Positions 1-11,579 of a stretch of DNA of 64,000 bases are shown piece after piece; position 1 is the first letter of the stretch; every line of letters starts with the position of its first letter. The stretch lies in contig NIVC01003771.1 in the NCBI GenBank assembly GCA_002269645.1, positions 1 through 64,000 of the forward strand. Direction: 5' to 3'. A program made the position numbers and the translations under genes. The notes beneath the pieces are model-generated. The model did no database searches, was not told where the DNA came from, and saw only the letters and a list, made by a program, of their open reading frames with translations. Source of the stretch: Macrostomum lignano (lineage: Eukaryota).

Positions 1-96
<96 letters not shown>

Positions 97-130
97 TGTA
101 GTAGTAGTAGTTGTAGTAGTAGTAGTAGTA

Positions 131-166
<36 letters not shown>

Positions 167-177
167 AAGTAGTATAG
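1..177 (+). repeat. (TAG)n microsatellite, truncated at the window start
   Basis: Near-perfect TAG triplets from base 1 with a few TTG/TAT variants. Confidence 0.98.
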
Positions 178-3100
178 TTTGGCTCAGGCAAATAGCTTGC
201 TGTTTGGCCAGTATAAGCCAATGTTTAATAATAATTAAAAAATGAAGGGACTTTTTGATGTGTAAGTATATGCATGTGTTACGATCGTTTTGTAAAAAAT
301 GTAAAAAAAATTTTTGAAAGAGTGCCAAACTTTTTTCTACGAATTATTCGAACTGTATATCCTTTTAATAAGTTTCGAAATCCGAACTATCTTTGTGTAT
401 TTGTATCTTTGATTAGTTCGAGCGACCAGAGATCCCAACTTATGACTCGAAAAATATCAAAATCGTCATGCAATTGAAGTTATAACAGCCGCAGACTAAT
501 AATTAATGCGGCGATCGTATATTGATCCATAGTAGTTCAGACCGATAAGATGTGCTTGACACGAGGAGAATCGTATATTAAGCGTATATTAGTAGTGATA
601 GCAACTCAACGCAGCAGTTATAGCTCTTAGAATTCCTGGTTTTTGCTACCGTACGTTTTGCATGGTGTTTCTAATAGACTCCGGGGTGTGCGGGGAGAAG
701 TGTCTATATTCATTGAACACCGTCATATCTGGAGAGAGCGTAGTATTACATTTATATTTATGTACATGCACAATCAATTTTTAAGAATGCATATATCCGC
801 GGCTGATACTTTAATCAATTTAGTCAATCTATTTTTTCTAGGATCCACGCCTAAGAGAAAACAATATGCAATAAAAATGAAATGAAGTTCTCTTTGTTGC
901 GCTTTTTTTATGGTCTGAAATGGTAAACTTACACATGCTGTTAAAATTAAGCTAAAATTCAAATTCAGACCGGACGCCAGAATCGTAATCTAAATATACT
1001 AAATCTTCCATATACTAAAAATGATGTTTGTTTGTACCAAATCGATTATTTGCTTACTCTAGTTTTGCTGTAGCTCCGCTGTATATGCAACAAACAAGCC
1101 TTATATATTATAGATGCATTGAAGCTTTTTAGGGTTTTTTAGTAAGGAATAGATATTTTGTAAAGGACAATAAGATATTATACTGCCTTCGCTATTTAAT
1201 TTTTATTTTGTCCCCTTATTCACTCAATATCATTAGGGCCTGGCCTACCCATCCCAGTTAGTCTATAGGGCGATCTTCCAGTTTGTTTCACGATATTATT
1301 CGCTTGTTTATTTTAGTTTGAAATTGTGCGTCAATGTAGTGAAACATCTGAAGACGATACCTACGGCCAAAAGGGATGTGAAATAGAAGCAGACGAGTAA
1401 CAGTAACAGATGGGGGGGGGCGGAAAACAGAGGAACTGTTTACAGAGGATAATAATGCAACACCCAATACAGCACAGCGCCAAATGCTGTGCCAGGGTAT
1501 ATGCGGCGCCACAGAAATTCCTCAGACAGCCAGTGAAATCAGAATGTCTTTAACAGTGCTATTTTGCATCCCTTTTGGCCATAGAGATTATTTTCTGACG
1601 TGTCATTACGTTGCAGCACCAATTCAAACTTGAGAATAGACTCATAGACAGAGTACTCTACTGAGTCTACTCTAGGCTTGCATGCAATGTGGTACCACTG
1701 GTATGGAGCTATTTCTACTGACACTTAGGGCCTAGTATCAGTATGTATAACAAATTGCATGTTGCTACATAGCATACAAGATTGTGCAGCTCATAAAACA
1801 TAACCAAATTGAAAATTCACTAAACCAAATGAACACTTTTGTTAATGAAAACAAGTTTCTGTTTTTTTAATAAAAGTAATATTTTATGTTTGAGCAAATT
1901 TATATCAATGTTTATAATGTAATAAACAAACAAATACTAGACCTAACAAGTATTTTTTTAATATATTAATCTTTTGACAAAGTTTTTTAAGTTTGTCAAT
2001 CTTAACAAAACCATAGTTTGGATTGTGTATTAGTGTACACCAGGTCTAATAGGGGAAATATGGGACTATATTTGTATGGTGAGACTAAAAAATATTTTTT
2101 ATTATGTATACTATGTTATACCCTTTTTCATTTTTTAATTCATTATTCATGCAAATAACAAACTTAAAAATTATATACTTTTGAAACATGCACTAAGAAA
2201 AAATAATAAAAAAATACTTGAAATACTTTTAATTTTCTAAAAATAAGAAAAACATTTTTAGGGCATACAGTTTAAAATTGTTTTATTATTATTCATAATT
2301 GTTCCATGTTGATGACATTGTATATAGCATATTTTATATAAAGTTGCTTCATATATACATTAAGTGATCCTAATATATGCAGTTATGTCATAGTCATAGA
2401 AATATATAAGCTGATAATTTTCCACTGTCATGTATGCTAGGATGTATACTAATGTATACTGAATAATGGCAAGCACTCTTGTATGCCAAGAAATCCTAGT
2501 ATACATGTTGCCTTCTAAACTATGATAATAAAATAACTACAAACTGATATTATAAAATGCTTCTTGTTTCAAATGATTATATTTTTACCTAATCTTTAAT
2601 TTTTTTCACCAAAGAATAGTGTGTCTATTGCAAAAGCAATTTGTTACCAAAACAACTGGCATGCAACTGCAAAAAGGTCCTTTATTATTGCAATGCCTCT
2701 AGGCCATACATATAAAGTTGACTACTGCCTACACACCATGGACAACTTCTGTAGCAGTTAAAAGGTGTTCTGCATGGCTGGCATATCCACGAGACAATGG
2801 TATCTAGAATACCTAGAAGATAAAATAGATTTTATTTTAAATAATTCTAATAATTTCAATATTCCTAAACAATTAAGGCAGAGAAGAATATCTGCTTAGT
2901 ATTTTTATAAAGAGGCTTATAGAAAGGAACCAATCAGATACAATGTTTATTTTCCTTGCTAGTAGCTCATGTATTTAGGTTTATCATTTATAGTTTTTTG
3001 CATCAATCTAAATCTCCTAAAGTATACAAAAACATGTCTGAATTATTTTTGTCTTTTATTTCTAAAAAGCTTTCTTTCTAAATGCATTTTTGTAGGAAAT

Positions 3101-3706
3101 TAATTAATATATATATAATGTTATTCTAATTTGTTACTAAAGTGGCTGTTACCAAAAATGGTTATCATTTTTTACCAAAGGGACTATTATTAAATTGGAC
3201 TGTTTTTTCATTTTCTAATTTTTTTTCCTTTAAAAAAAAGTCTCCTAAGTTTTGCTATCTTGCTGTGGCTACATCTATCAAAAATAATCTTGTTTTTTAA
3301 TTATTGTTGTTTTTATGCTTTTGAACTTTGATTAGACATTTAATAATAATATATTAGAGCATTTCAAGAAGATAAGTTTTGCAATAAGGCTTAAATTGTC
3401 AAAATGTTTAGATATTGCTTTGCATTCTTAGTAAATTGTAGTAATATCTTCTTAGTAAAACAAAATTCTATAGTTTTGAGACTGCCTAGATAGAAATTTA
3501 TTGCTTAAGACACTATTATGTAGAAGTTGTATGAAATGAATGAGCTTCATTATATGAATTATATGAATTAGACTACAAGAAAATGTAGATATGGCTACAG
3601 ATATAGATATGGGAAAATTTTGCTATTAATTTCAAGTTAATTATGCATGTATTAATCTTTCATATTCGATGCCATAAAATTTTGTCATACATTTCACTGG
3701 CTGCAG

Positions 3707-5978
3707 GCTCCACCAAAGCGCCAAGCAAAGCAGACAGCTCAGAACAGACTGGGCATTTCAGCAGCCAATGGCGGCATTTCCAAGCCCGCTTCGTCGCCTC
3801 TAGCAGCAAAGGCTGATGTGCAAAACCGGCGACCACCATCAAGGCGACAGGCTGCGGTTCAGGCAATTGCTGCGTTGCCTGGATTGGCTAGCCAGGACCG
3901 CAGAAGGCAGTCTGCGCCCCTGTTGCCAAGTTTCTCTGCTACCAAGGATGCTGCCACCAAGAGTTCTGCCACCAAAGTTGATGCCACCAAGAGTTCTGTT
4001 ACCAAGGATGCTGCCACCAAGAGTTCTGCTACCAAAGATGCTGCCACCAAGAGTTCTGCTACCAAAGATGCTGCCACCAAGAGTTCTGCCACCAAAGTTG
4101 ATGGAGTTAAAAAGGCAGCACAGGTGTCGAACAAGGCTTCAGGTGAGTGACGTGCCATAATACACATTGGGAAGAGGTGCCTAACCTACACGGGGCGGGT
4201 AGTTGCTCAGCCTACAGTAGGGGGTGGGTAGGTGGCCAGCCTACAGTAGGGAGTGGGTAGGTGGCCAGTCTACAGTAGGGAGTGTGTAGGTGGTCAGCCT
4301 ACAGTAGGGGGTGGGTGGGTAGGTGCCCAGCCTACAGTAGGGGGTGAGTAGGTGGCCAGCCTACAGTAGGGGGTGGGTAGGTGCCCAGCCTACAGTAGGG
4401 GGTGGGTAGGTGCCCAGCCTACAGTAGGGAGTGGGTAGGTGGCCAGCCTACAGTAGGCGGTGGGTAGGTGCCCAGCCTACAGTAGGGGGTGGGTAGGTGC
4501 CCAGCCTACAGTAGGGGGTGGGTAGGTGCCCAGCCTACAGTAGAGAGTGGGTAGGTGGCCAGCCTACAGTAGGCGGTGGGTAGGTGGCCAGCCTACAGTA
4601 GGCGGTGGGTAGGTCCCCAGCCTACAGTAGGGGGTGGGTAGGTGGCCAGCCTACAGTAGGGAGTGTGTAGGTTGCCAGCCTACAGTAGGGAGTGTGTAGG
4701 TTGCCAGCCTACAGTAGGGGGTGGGTAGGTGCCCAGCCTACAGTAGAGGGTGGGTAGGTGCCCAGCCTACAGTAGGGGGTGAGTAGGTGGCCAGCCTACA
4801 GTAGGGGGTGGGTAGGTGCCCAGCCTACAGTAGGGGGTGGGTAGGTGCCCAGCCTACAGTAGGGGGTGGGTAGGTGCCCAGCCTACAGTAGGGAGTGTGT
4901 AGGTTGCCAGCCTACAGTAGGGAGTGTGTAGGTGGCCAGCCTACAGTAGGGAGTGGGTAGGTGGCTAGCCTACAGTAGGGAGTGGGTAGGTGGCCAGCCT
5001 ACAGTAGGGAGTGGGTAGGTGGCCAGCCTACAGTAGGGGGTGGGTAGGTGGCCAGCCTACAGTAGGGAGTGGGTAGGTGGCCAGCCTACAGTAGGGAGTG
5101 GGTAGGTGCCCAGCCTACAGTAGAGGGTGGGTAGGTGCCCAGCCTAAAGTAGGGGGTGGGTAGGTGGCCAGCCTACAGTAGGGGGTGGGTAGGTGCCCAG
5201 CCTACAGTAGGGGGTGGGTAGGTGGCCAGCCTACAGTAGGGGGTGGGTAGGTGCCCAGCCTACAGTAGGGGGTGGGTAGGTGCCCAGCCTACAGTAGGGG
5301 GTGGGTAGGTGGCCAGCCTACAGTAGGGAGTGGGTAGGTGCCCAGCCTACAGTAGGGGGTGGGTAGGTGGCCAGCCTACAGTACAGAGGGGGGTATCGGC
5401 CCAGCCTGCAGAGCCTGACCTTCCTCCGTTTGATTTCTCAATGTTCCACAGGCGCCAAGCGGCAGCCGAGGAAGCCAGAAGCGGAAAAGAAGCAGAGCAA
5501 AATGGCGCCAAAGCAGAAAAGAAGCGGCGCCGGCGGCGGCAGCAGGAAGTCGGCAGCGCCCCGAGACCCATTCGACATCAGCGGCCTGGATGTCGATGTC
5601 GACGAGGACGATAGTGTCGCGACCAGCGTTCGACCGAAGTCGAAAGGTCGCAAATCTTCAACAACGCCAGCTCCAGCGCCAGCATCGGCGCCAGCGACTA
5701 GCGCTGTCGGGCATTCCCAGCGCCAACTGCTGCTGTGCCACAGGCACGCCTATCAGTTTTTTACACCGGCGCGCCGGCGCCAACAGAGCGGCGCTGGCAG
5801 ACAGTTGGTCAAGTCGGCTAAGGAGAACCAATCCGCCGCGTCTGGCGCCAGCGGTAGCGGCGCCGATTCTGACGTAGACAGCGCCGAAGAGGAGGAGACC
5901 GCGCCGGCGTCGCCGCGTTTTGACCGACAACGACAGTCGGCGTCGGCAACTGCACCCGCGACGGATGCGTGGCGTTAG
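3707..5978 (+). CDS. Last two coding exons, join(3707..4142,5452..5978), of an unidentified low-complexity Ala/Ser/Lys/Arg-rich protein; 5' exons not identified
   Basis: Acceptor ctgcag|3707 with an open frame (APPKRQAK...VSNKAS). Donor G|GTGAGT at 4143. Acceptor ttccacag|5452 is phase-compatible with the ORF ending TAG at 5978. AATAAA lies near 6324. Contains a 30-bp coding repeat (DAATKSSATK). No family recognised. Confidence 0.72.
4190..5385 (+). repeat. 29-bp G-rich intronic minisatellite (CAGCCTACAGTAGGGGGTGGGTAGGTGCC, ~40 copies)
   Basis: Tandem units read directly; the array fills almost the whole intron 4143-5451. Confidence 0.97.
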
Positions 5979-5999
5979 GGGAGGAGGACATCTGGTGTA

Positions 6000-6255
6000 T
6001 CTAATGCTTATCCAATAGGAAAGTACATATCTGAGGGGAGATAGTGCGTATCCAAGGGAAAAGTACATATCTGAGCTGAGAAAGTGCTTATCCAAGGGAA
6101 AGTACATATCTGAGGGTAGAAAGTGCTTTTACAAGGGAAAGTACATAGCTAAGAGAAAAAAGTTCTTATCCAAAGGAAAAGTACATATCTAAGAGGAGAA
6201 AGTGCTTATCAAAGGTAAAAGTACACATCTAAGGGGGCAACTGCGTATCCAAGGT
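6000..6255 (+). repeat. ~44-bp degenerate tandem repeat (TGCTTATCCAAGGGAAAAGTACATATCTGAG..., ~6 copies) in the 3' UTR region
   Basis: Repeated TATCCAAGGGAAAAGTACATATCT core. Confidence 0.85.
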
Positions 6256-6639
6256 TGCATTTTGCGGGTCATTTGTTCGGCTTATATTTAACTCATGGTG
6301 CTAAGAACCTTAATCCTTTGCCCAATAAAAAAGTGTTCTTCATTTTTACCCTGTAATTCCAGTCTTTGTACATGCTAAAAATAATTTGTACATAAAAATT
6401 ATACTTTAAGTGTGGATATTAACAAATTTTACTATTTTTGCTTGACTCAGTCTAATAATCAATGTAAGCTTTGTGCCATGTGTTTTAATTTCTAACAGTT
6501 TTATAAATATACGAGTGTGTACCTGTACTGTCAGGTCGGCCTGGCTAGATTACTAACAATTTTGTTAAAATAATTGATGCTCATTTTTCACTTCTGTGTT
6601 TGCCGGATATTTGTTGGGGTTCAGACCTTCTCTAAGTAT

Positions 6640-6845
6640 GTTAGATCAGTGGCATCATGGGTTAGATCAGTGACATATCAGTGGGTTAGATCAGTGACAT
6701 ATCAGTGGGTTAGATCAGTGACATATCAGAGGGTTAGATCAGTGACATATCAGAGGGTTAGATCAGTGACATATCAGAGGGTTAGATCAGTGACATATCA
6801 GAGGGTTAGATCAGTGACATATCAGTGGGTTAGATCAGTGACATA
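6640..6845 (+). repeat. 24-bp minisatellite (GTTAGATCAGTGACATATCAGWGG, ~8 copies)
   Basis: Direct tandem units; they explain the WVRSVTYQ ORF. Confidence 0.95.
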
Positions 6846-7285
6846 AATGCATTAGGTCAGTGTAAACTAACCACATGTATTTATAATGAACAACTACATG
6901 TGGTGCCTAACAGAGTTTAAATACTGGAGCATTGTGATTCGGTAACTTCGGAATTATTGTATAAAAGATGCTTGAAGTATATTAATATTAGAAAGTCCAG
7001 TAGGAGTGTCAACTATCAAAGAAGAACATGTATATTTGTATCCACTCAGTAATGTTAAAATTTGTTTTGCGATTTGGTCGGTGTACAAGCGTACAAAATA
7101 CATGTACACTAATAAGTATCAGAATAATAATAGTAAAAGGAAAACTGATATTAACTAATTTGATTAACTGTAGTGCTTAGCGATAGTTTTCTGTTAGCAG
7201 CGTTATAACAATATTCATGTGATGAAGGTTGAAACTGGCATGTAATTTTTAGATAGAGAAGTCACCAGAGCACTCAGTAAACCTC

Positions 7286-8938
7286 CTACTCAGCGCTGTA
7301 GTCGTTGACAGCCTCTTCCACTGCCTCGGGCGACCGAGACTCAGCCTCAATCGGAGCCGTTGAGTTCTTCCGCGGCAGCAGGAAGGGCTTCAGCCGGCGG
7401 GCCCAGCGGCCCAGACTGCGGCGCTGGCTCTCGTCGACGGTGCTGCAGCCGACGGTGGTCCGGTTCAGGCCGTCCAGCAGGTCTGCCAGACTGCGCAGAC
7501 GGCGGATCAGCCGACCACGGAAGCGACGTCCGCGGCGGCGACGCCACTCGGCGGCGGAGTCCGACATTGCAGTCGACTTGCTGCCGCTACCGCGGCGGCT
7601 TCTCCAGCTGGCGCGTCGAAAGAAGCTCCGGATGCGGCGCAAGCGACTCGACCTCACTCTGCGCTTCGGGCTGGCAGTCGGCTCTCGATCTGGGGCAGGA
7701 CTCCGCTTGGTTTCGAGCTCCTCCGATTCCTTCAAATACAAAAAATACTAGAAATACAAAAAGGCGCTTCGATTGTGGAAATCTTTCATTTGCAGTAGTA
7801 ACGTTTGTGCATTCTATGAGAGATTGACTACTGAAGAGTAGCAAGAAAAGAATTTCAAGCGAATCTCTTATAGGACACAAGTATAGCTCACAATTCCTAT
7901 TTGTACATGATTTATTTGCCCAACAATCCGTTCGCCCTCTACTCAAACACGCATACGAGCTACGTACGGGCGCGTATTCGCTCTTCTCCAGCTCATCGGG
8001 ATTGTCGACGCTTTCAAGTTCGTTGGCGATCTCTTCTGTAGCTTCAGAATCCTCAACGGGAGCAGCTGGTGAGGCGGCCGAGTTACTCGGCTTCACTCTC
8101 CGCTGCGGGCGGGCGATCGGCTCTCGATCTGGAGCAGGACTCCGTTTGGCTTCGAGCTCCTCCGATTCCTTCAATAGAAACACAATAAGCGCTCCGATTG
8201 TGGAAATCTTGAAATTGCAATACTAATTCGTGTGTGTGCATTCTATCGAAATCAACTACTGAAGAGTAGCATGACAAGACTCTCTCATGAAAGCGAATCT
8301 CTTATTGTACATGTGGAGGCTCACAATTCATATTTGTACATGTATATAGCGTATTAAACACGCATACTTACGGGCGCGTACTCGCTCTCCTCCAGCTCAT
8401 TGGGCTTATCGACGCTGCCAAGGTCGTTGCCGATCTCCTCCGTAGCTGCAGAGTCCTCAGCGGCAGCAGGTGAGGCGTCCAATATGCGTTGAAGGAATCG
8501 CCGGGTACGGCGCGATCGACTCGAACTCTCGATTCTGCGCTGCCGGCTGGCGGTTGGCTCTAGATCTGGAGCAGGACTCCGTTTGGTTTCGAGCTCCTCC
8601 TCCGATTCCTTCAATAGAAATCCAGAAGCGTCAACTTTGTTAGTTTTACAATTAGCTCGTAGTAAGTCACGTGTGTGCATTCTATAGGAGATTGGCTACT
8701 GAAGAAGAGTAGCAAGAAAAGAATACACAACATGTATTAGCGTATTTCCCTAAAAATAATTGCTTACGGGCGCGTACTCGCTCTTCTCCAGCTCGTCGGG
8801 ATTGTCAACGCTTTCAAGATCGTTGGCGATCTCCTCCGTAGCTGCAGAGCCCTCAGCGTCAGCAGGTGAGGCGGCGAATGCGGAGGCGGCCGCCGCGAGG
8901 CCCAGCAAGAGGAGCGCAGTCAGCAGCAGAGGTTTCAT
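7286..8938 (-). CDS. Secreted modular prepropeptide (~350 aa): signal peptide, three acidic pro-modules with KR sites, and Arg-rich amphipathic peptides (antimicrobial/host-defence-precursor-like); join(8768..8938,8372..8608,7968..8168,7286..7729)
   Basis: ATG at 8938 gives MKPLLLTALLLLGLAAAASAFA. All three introns are phase 0, with donors CCC|GTAAGC, CCC|GTAAGT, CCC|GTACGT and acceptors TTGAAG|GAA. Exon lengths 171/237/201/444 are all multiples of 3. Repeated EEIANDLESVDNPDELEKSEYAP-ESEELETKR-SPAPD motif. Confidence 0.88.
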
Positions 8939-9015
8939 GTTTGCAAGAACAGATTTTAGACCTTAGGCTTATATGGAGATACTGGATTCTGTAATAAGCT
9001 AATACTGACGCTGTC

Positions 9016-9021
9016 TTTATA
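9016..9021 (-). promoter_or_regulatory. Candidate TATA box (TATAAA) of the secreted precursor gene
   Basis: TATAAAGA on the minus strand ~80 nt upstream of the ATG, with an Inr-like CCAGT ~35 nt downstream of it. Confidence 0.45.
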
Positions 9022-9905
9022 GACGATGGAATATCCTAGATAAGGCCTCTCAAATCCGGGCTAAGAGTTGCAATGCCATATCCGCAGCGGCGCAGCACAG
9101 GGCCGTAAGGCAGTTTTGAATAGAATGAAAACAATGCAGAATAGAGACACTTCATGGATTCTCGAGACACAGCGAGTCCGCGTCTTTGCCAGAGAGAACT
9201 AAAACGAGAGTCTGGATAGAGTTTCTTGGATGCGTGGCTTGCAAAGCTATGCATAGTCTTTTGGTTGAAGATCTCCTTGGCTTTGCCCGCTAATAAACAG
9301 GTCTATAAATACATTTGCACTGCCGTGGTTAAAGTTTAACAACAATAAGAGCGGAGAATGATAAATCCGGATTTCAACAAAATTCAAAGGCAAAACCTTT
9401 ATAAAATATAGTTAATGGTAGGTAAAGATGTGAATTATATTTTATAACATTGCACAAATACGTCCAATTTTGTTCTTTCGCGCTCGAAAATACTAATGAA
9501 GTTAGTCTATACGAAGAATTAGTATTGCAATTCATAGGAAATAGTAAATATATAGTAGTTTTGTGTAATATTATAGAGCATTGAATTGCAGGCAGTATCG
9601 AGGATTTGACCAGAACTTTATATACGAGTATAGCAAATCTAAAACTAGAAAAACGCACAACAAAGCAGGCAAGCGTGGATTTAATAAATACTTTGAAAAG
9701 TCTCGACATCTTGAACTAGATTTAAGCCTGATAAAGCCAGTTTAAGCCAGTTGACAGGTAAATATGGCGTCTCAATCATTAGTAAACTGAAAGCTATATA
9801 AAACGAATTTGCACATGCAGCAGAGTATTGCGGTACAGTTGGGGACATGCAGAATGTTTGATGTCAAGGGTTTTTCAGACAAGGTTCTGAGATGTAGGAG
9901 AGAGC

Positions 9906-9945
9906 CAGTGGCGTACTCAGGGGGGGGGGCCCCCCCCCCCCCCAA
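9906..9945 (+). mobile_element. Possible terminal inverted repeat end of a DNA transposon/MITE (CAGTGGCGTA followed by G-run/C-run)
   Basis: CAGTGGCGTA plus GGGG..CCCC resembles common animal MITE termini; no matching second end was found. Confidence 0.3.
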
Positions 9946-10009
9946 TTGCCCATACATAAAAAAGGTGACTAAGCTCGACGAATGACAGGAGCTGACCAAC
10001 TTTTGCCAA

Positions 10010-10330
10010 GGAGACAGGGCGCCTATATCTAGGAGACAGGGCGCCTATATCTAGGAGACAGGGGCGCCTATATCAAGGAGACAGGGGCGCCTATATCTAG
10101 GAGACAGGGGCGCCTATATCTAGGAGACAGGGGCGCCTATATCTAGGAGACAGGGGCACCTATATCTAGGAGACAGGGGCACCTATATCTAGGAGACAGG
10201 GGCACCCATCTAGGAGACAGGGGCGCCTATATCTAGGAGACAGGGGCGCCTATATCTAGGAGACAGGGGCGCCTATATCTAGGAGACAGGGGCGCCTATA
10301 TCTAGGAGACAGGGGCGCCCATCTAGAAGA
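10010..10330 (+). repeat. 23-bp minisatellite (GGAGACAGGGGCGCCTATATCTA, ~14 copies)
   Basis: Direct tandem units. Confidence 0.96.
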
Positions 10331-10856
10331 CAGAGGCGCCACCATTGGAGACAGCATTTAGGCCAGATACTAAGATAGACGCTAACACAGACAGAAGTGA
10401 AAAGAAAGACGATGATACTTAAAGCACACAAAAAACTACAAACACAGTTGGATCGATAATACAAAACCACGAAGAGGTCCAAGAAAATGACTTTTTATGA
10501 GGAGGGTTGCTTGATAAAATCGGGATGCAGGATCGGGATCGGGATCATTTTAACATTTATTAAGTAATAACAAACGCTTGCATTTGAAATACACCAGCTG
10601 CAGTTCGATAAATTTTTCACAAAACATAACTTAAAAATATAGAAACAATTTCCTAACACTATCCAATGACGAATGCAAAATGAGTAAAATGGCAAAACCT
10701 AAAAATTGACACGAAAAAATAATTGACATACTTACAGCAGAAAATAAATTTAAGCAACTGAAATAGGGGGGTGTTAACTGCTTTTTGCAGGCGTTAAAAG
10801 TAATCTGAAAAAACCACACGTTTGGAAGTAAAGTTAACTGGGTAGTTACCTACGGG

Positions 10857-11430
10857 CTACCCAGGTAGCTCAGGTTTCCAGGTAGCCCAGGTTCCCAGGT
10901 TTTCCTGGTAGCCCAGGTTCCCAGGTTTTCCTGGTAGCCCAGGTTCCCAGGTTTTCCTGGTAGCCCAAGTTCCCTGGGTTTCCCGGTAGCCCAGGTTTCC
11001 TGGTAGCCCAAGTTCCCTGGGTTTCCCGGTAGCCCAGGTTTCCTGGTAGCCCAAGTTCCCTGGGTTTCCCGGTAGCCCAGGTTTCCCGGTAGTCCAGGTT
11101 CCCAGGTTTTCCCGGTAGCCCAGGTTAACAGGGTTTCCCGGTAGCCCAAATTCCAGGGTTTCCCGGTAGTCGAGGTTCCCAGGTTTTCCCGGTAGCCCAG
11201 GTTAACAGGGTTTCCCGGTAGCCCAAATTCCCAGGGTTTCCCGGTAGTCCAGGTTCCCAGGTTTTCCCGGTAGCCCAGGTTAACAGGGTTTCCCGGTAGC
11301 CCAAATTCCCAGGGTTTCCCGGTAGTCCAGGTTCCCAGGTTTTCCCGGTAGTCCAGGTTCCCAGGTTTTCCCGGTAGCCCAGGTTAACAGGGTTTCCCGG
11401 TAGCCTAGGTTTCCAGTTTTTCCCGGTAGC
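10857..11430 (+). repeat. Compound minisatellite built from CCCGGTAGCCCAGGTT / CCCAGGTTTT subunits
   Basis: Direct tandem units of varying length, with a repeated ~58-bp higher-order block in the right half. Confidence 0.93.
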
Positions 11431-11579
11431 ATTCAGGCTTCTTAGATCCTTAGATATCCCAGATTATCCATTTGGAAAATGATAAATTCAACCACTGTTA
11501 TAGTTTGTCTCAGAGCAGCCAGGCCCAGCAACAGTTGTTTCCCCTAACAGACTCAGCCGAAATAGGCCAGCTGAAGCCC

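Noticed and set aside
2640-2900. Possible degenerate hAT transposase fragment (…GISTRQW…)
   Set aside because: Multiple stops and no recognisable catalytic motif; too weak to call.
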